Source: Polyangiaceae bacterium
Lineage (GTDB): Bacteria; Myxococcota_A; Polyangia; Polyangiales; Polyangiaceae
Length of the DNA stretch: 64,000 bases
Reading direction: 5' to 3'
Assembly (NCBI GenBank): GCA_039936055.1
Contig: JBDTJC010000241.1
Span: forward strand, 882-64,881
Position numbers and translations under genes: made by a program. Shown here piece by piece: positions 60,474 to 64,000 of the stretch (positions within the stretch are counted from its first letter, which is position 1; every line of letters begins with the position of its first letter). Under the pieces are notes generated by a model, which was given only the letters and a program-made list of their open reading frames with translations, made no database searches and had not been told where the DNA came from.

Positions 60474-61376
60474 GTGGACCGGTTTTTGGCCATGCAGGTA
60501 TTCGTCGCCGTGGGCGAAGCGCAGGGGTTTGCAGCTGCGGCCCGGCGTTTGGGCATGTCGCCTCCGGCGGTCACGCGCACCATCAGCGCGCTCGAGCAGC
60601 AGCTGAGCGTGAAGCTATTGCAACGCACCACGCGCATTGTACGGCTCACAGAGGCCGGCTCGCGCTACCTGCTGGATTGCAAGCGCCTCTTGGCAGAGGT
60701 GGAAGACGCCGAGCAATCCCTGTCCGGTGCGCAGGGGGAATTGCGCGGCCAGGTCTCGCTCACCGCTTCAATCATGTTCGGTCGCTTGTTCGTTGCGCCC
60801 GTGCTGTTGGATTTCCTGGGGCTTCACCCCCAGGTGACGGGGCGCGCAGTACTGAGTGATCGCATTGTGGATTTGATTGAGGAAGGGTTGGATGTCGGGG
60901 TGCGCATTGCGCATCTTTCCGATGCTTCGTTCACGGCAATTCGCGTGGGTGCCGTGCGTGAAGTGGTGTGCGCGTCACCGGCCTACCTGAAGGAGCACGG
61001 CGTGCCGCGCGTGCCGAAGGATGTGTCCGACTATGACGCCGTCACCTTTTCGCATGACCGCGCAGCGCCCACCTGGTCACTGCGCGACGGCAAGCAAACG
61101 GTGGCCGTGCGGCCACGTTCGCGGATGCTCGTCAACAGTTCGGAAGTGGCCGTTCAGGCCGCCATCGACGGCCGCGGCATCACCCGCGCGCTCTCGTACA
61201 TGGTGGCGGCCGAAGTGAAAGCCCGCCGTTTGCGGGTGATTCTGAGTGATTTTGAGCCCGAGCCGCTGCCCATTCACGTCATCCACCACGAAGGCAAGCG
61301 CGCCGCAGCGCGTGTTCGCGCGTTCGTGGATTACGTCGTTGAGCGGTTGCGCGGGAACCCCCTGCTCAAAGCTTGA
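60474..61376 (+). CDS. LysR-family transcriptional regulator
   Basis: DRF.AM.VF..V, FAAAARRL, LE..L.V.LL.RTTR...LTEAG, DLIEEG.D, RVRAFVD. Confidence 0.95.
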   Translation: MDRFLAMQVFVAVGEAQGFAAAARRLGMSPPAVTRTISALEQQLSVKLLQRTTRIVRLTEAGSRYLLDCKRLLAEVEDAEQSLSGAQGELRGQVSLTASIMFGRLFVAPVLLDFLGLHPQVTGRAVLSDRIVDLIEEGLDVGVRIAHLSDASFTAIRVGAVREVVCASPAYLKEHGVPRVPKDVSDYDAVTFSHDRAAPTWSLRDGKQTVAVRPRSRMLVNSSEVAVQAAIDGRGITRALSYMVAAEVKARRLRVILSDFEPEPLPIHVIHHEGKRAAARVRAFVDYVVERLRGNPLLKA

Positions 61377-61397
61377 ACGCGCCGCTCAGTGCTGGTG

Positions 61398-63557
61398 TCA
61401 ATGCCGGTGCATGAAGTAACCCGCCGCCAAGGATAAACAACTGACGATAACGATCAGGAGCACGATACCGCTCCAGCTATTTTTGACGCGCACGGTTGGT
61501 ATCCTCGAACTGTGTTGCTTTGCTCGTTCCGGCGGCAAAGAATTGCCGCCACGCCCACCGCGCTGAAGATTCGCGATGCCAGCGGCTGCGGAAACGCTGA
61601 TGCTCACGCGCACTTGCATGGCTCCGCGTTCGGCTTCGGTCATGGCCACGAGCTGTGAGCTGAGCACGCGGTCCGTGCCGCCCGTGAACATCGATAAAGA
61701 CTCGATGAACGCGCGCACCGAACTCGCGCGCATGTTCGGGTCGCGCTCCAAGCCGCGATGCACCACGCGCGCCAAATCCCGCGGCACCCAGGGCGCCACG
61801 GCGTCCAGCTGCGGAATCGGCTCCGTGCGGATCGCGACAATCAGCTCGCCGAGCGAGGTTTGCCCGCCCCACAGGCGCTGGCCGCTCAAGGCCTCCCAAA
61901 GCACGACGGACAAACTCCACACGTCCGTGCGCTCGTCCACGGCCTTGGCGTTCTTCGCCTGCTCGGGCGACATGTACATGGGGGAGCCGAGCATGCCGCC
62001 CGTGCGCGTGAGGCTGAGATGGCTGGCGGCGTTGCTCGTGTCCGTCACACGGGTCCGCTTGGCAACCCCGAAGTCACACACTTTGACGGTCACCGCCTGC
62101 GTTTTTTCGTCAATCTGCAGGAACAAATTGGCGGGCTTGATGTCGCGGTGCACGACGCCCCGCGCGTGCGCTGCGGCCACGCCGCTCGCGCCCTGCAGCA
62201 CGAGGCGCACCGCGACCTGCGGGTCGAGCGCGCCCTCCTTTTTGAGCACGGCGGACAGCTCGATGCCGCGCAGCAGCTCCATGATGATGTACGGCATGCC
62301 GAGCTGTTCGTCGGAGCCGGTGTCGATGGTGCGCGCGACGTTGGGGCTGCTGATGTCGCTCGCAGTGCGGGCTTCCCGCGCGAAACGCTCGAGCGCGGTG
62401 GGCGAAGCGTTCGCCATGCCCGCAGAAACGACCTTCGCGGCGAGCCGCGCGCCGTTCGGCGCTTCCACCTCGTACACGGAGCCCATGCCGCCTTTGCCGA
62501 TCAAGCGCAGCACTTTGTAGCGGTTGCTGAGGCGCTTGCCGTTCAAGCCCAGCGGGTCTTTGTCGCTCGCGTCGGCGGGCGGCGGCTGCGCGATAGACAA
62601 CGCGAGATCGGCGCGGCTGGCGACGGTCTTGCGGGTCTCGCTGGAAACGCGCGTGATGCACGCTTCATCCAGTAGCTCGTCGCCATCGGAAAAGCGCCGC
62701 AAGCGATCGGCGAAATCTTCAACCGTGGCTGGGCGCAAATTCGGATCGCGGTTGAGCGCCTTGTGCACCGCGCGCGCGAGCCCCGCTTCTACCCACGGAG
62801 CGCGATCTTGAATGTGCGGGATGTCGTCGTTGCAGATGGCGACGACCAGGTCCGCCACGGATTCGATGTGCGAGAACGGCGCGACGCCGCACAACATTTG
62901 ATACAAAGTTGCGCCCAGCCCCCAAACGTCCGCCCGTTCGTCGACCTCTTTGGCATTGCGGAGCTGTTCGGGCGCTGCGTAATCCGGGGTGCCCAGTTGC
63001 CTGCCGGTGGCGGTAAGGGACTCTTCGGTCCATGCGCCGAGGCGCTTGGCGATGCCGAAGTCAGATACTTTGACGATGATCTCGTTTGCGTCGTGATCGA
63101 GCAGCAGATTGCCCGGTTTCACATCGCGATGCACGATGCCGAGGCGGTGCGCCGCGGATAGCCCGCGCGCCGCCTGCAACGCGATGCGCACGGCGCTTTT
63201 CGGCCTGAGCGCGCCGTGCTGCTCGAGCACGCCGTCCATATCGCGGCCAGGGAGCAGCGGCATGACCAAGAAATGGGCGTTCAAGGCGTCATCCCGGCCC
63301 GAGCCGAGCGTGCTCACCACGTGCGGGTGGGATAGGCCTTGCACCAGCTTGGCCTCGCGTTCGAAGCGCTGCCCGGCCTCGCCGGCCAACAGCTCCGGAT
63401 ACAGGACTTTGACGGCGACGGTTGTGCTCTCGAGATCCTTGGCGCGGTACACCGCGCTCATCCCGCCCAGCCCAAGCAGCGTCTCCAGGCGGTAACGCCC
63501 CGCGAGCAGCTTACCGAGATAGCCTTTTGCGCGCTCTTCTACGTTGGCCGGAACCAC
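61398..63557 (-). CDS. Tandem (two-domain) Ser/Thr protein kinase with a C-terminal TM
   Basis: Two complete Hanks motif sets: HRDVKPGN/DFG/APE and HRDIKPAN/DFG/SPE; start uncertain (63557 GTG or 63611). Confidence 0.92.
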   Translation of the reverse strand: MVPANVEERAKGYLGKLLAGRYRLETLLGLGGMSAVYRAKDLESTTVAVKVLYPELLAGEAGQRFEREAKLVQGLSHPHVVSTLGSGRDDALNAHFLVMPLLPGRDMDGVLEQHGALRPKSAVRIALQAARGLSAAHRLGIVHRDVKPGNLLLDHDANEIIVKVSDFGIAKRLGAWTEESLTATGRQLGTPDYAAPEQLRNAKEVDERADVWGLGATLYQMLCGVAPFSHIESVADLVVAICNDDIPHIQDRAPWVEAGLARAVHKALNRDPNLRPATVEDFADRLRRFSDGDELLDEACITRVSSETRKTVASRADLALSIAQPPPADASDKDPLGLNGKRLSNRYKVLRLIGKGGMGSVYEVEAPNGARLAAKVVSAGMANASPTALERFAREARTASDISSPNVARTIDTGSDEQLGMPYIIMELLRGIELSAVLKKEGALDPQVAVRLVLQGASGVAAAHARGVVHRDIKPANLFLQIDEKTQAVTVKVCDFGVAKRTRVTDTSNAASHLSLTRTGGMLGSPMYMSPEQAKNAKAVDERTDVWSLSVVLWEALSGQRLWGGQTSLGELIVAIRTEPIPQLDAVAPWVPRDLARVVHRGLERDPNMRASSVRAFIESLSMFTGGTDRVLSSQLVAMTEAERGAMQVRVSISVSAAAGIANLQRGGRGGNSLPPERAKQHSSRIPTVRVKNSWSGIVLLIVIVSCLSLAAGYFMHRH

Positions 63558-63611
63558 GATGGTCGACGCAGCATAGCCAGCCGCTGACACTGCGCCTAGT
63601 ATTACTGACAA

Positions 63612-64000
63612 ATGATCGAGCCGCAGGAACCCAGAGGTCGCGTATTGGTGGTGGCAGGATCTGACTCTGGCGGCGGAGCCGGCATTCAGGCCGATATCAA
63701 GACCATTACGGTTTTGGGCGGCTATGCAGCCACGGCGATCACCGCGCTGACGGCGCAGAACACGATGGGCGTGTTTGGGGTACTGCCCATCGACCCTGAC
63801 TTCGTGGCCGAGCAGATGGCCGTCGTGTTGTCCGACATCGGCGCTGACGCGATCAAAACCGGCATGCTGTACTCGGAGGAGATCATCTCCGCGGTGGCTT
63901 CGGTCTTGGAGTTTCGCGCGCGGCGCCTGCCGGTGATCGTGGATCCGGTGATGGTGGCGAAGGGGGGCACCGCGCTGCTTCAGGAGCGGGCGCGAGCCGT
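63612..64000 (+). CDS. thiD: Hydroxymethylpyrimidine/phosphomethylpyrimidine kinase (5' part, runs off the window)
   Basis: RVLVVAGSDSGGGAGIQADIKT, TALTAQNT.GV, IKTGML, DPVMVAKGG; not in the ORF track because there is no stop in the window. Confidence 0.93.
   Translation, partial: MIEPQEPRGRVLVVAGSDSGGGAGIQADIKTITVLGGYAATAITALTAQNTMGVFGVLPIDPDFVAEQMAVVLSDIGADAIKTGMLYSEEIISAVASVLEFRARRLPVIVDPVMVAKGGTALLQERARA

Overview
High-GC window that reads as myxobacterial chromosome, probably Polyangiaceae/Sorangium-like. This is inferred from the many Gly/Ala-linker, Cys-rich lipoproteins, Myxococcus-type CGDG..EECDDG repeats, Hanks kinases and hybrid sensor kinases. It holds about 58 CDS. Housekeeping and metabolic genes include udk, ndh, msrA, uppP, zwf, hflX, atzF and partial thiD. 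Also present are signalling proteins, GH6 and GH5 glycoside hydrolases, a sugar ABC cluster, a class D beta-lactamase-like lipoprotein and one tRNA-Leu(UAA). I saw no CRISPR array, rRNA, integrase, transposase or reverse transcriptase. The most interesting unexplained features are: (1) a 199-nt, G-U-rich, multi-stem RNA-like element starting at the base after the stop codon of a NYN (PIN-like) nuclease gene, a candidate nuclease/ncRNA module; (2) a ~1.2-kb islet at the tRNA-Leu 3' end, bounded by an 11-bp direct repeat that coincides with the truncation point of a RelE-like toxin gene; (3) a three-hairpin intergenic element between the GH6 and atzF genes; (4) a Cys-rich 'CGPDLVT' module shared by lipoproteins with different C-terminal domains. 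All family assignments come from motifs recognised by eye; no database searches or folding computations were run.
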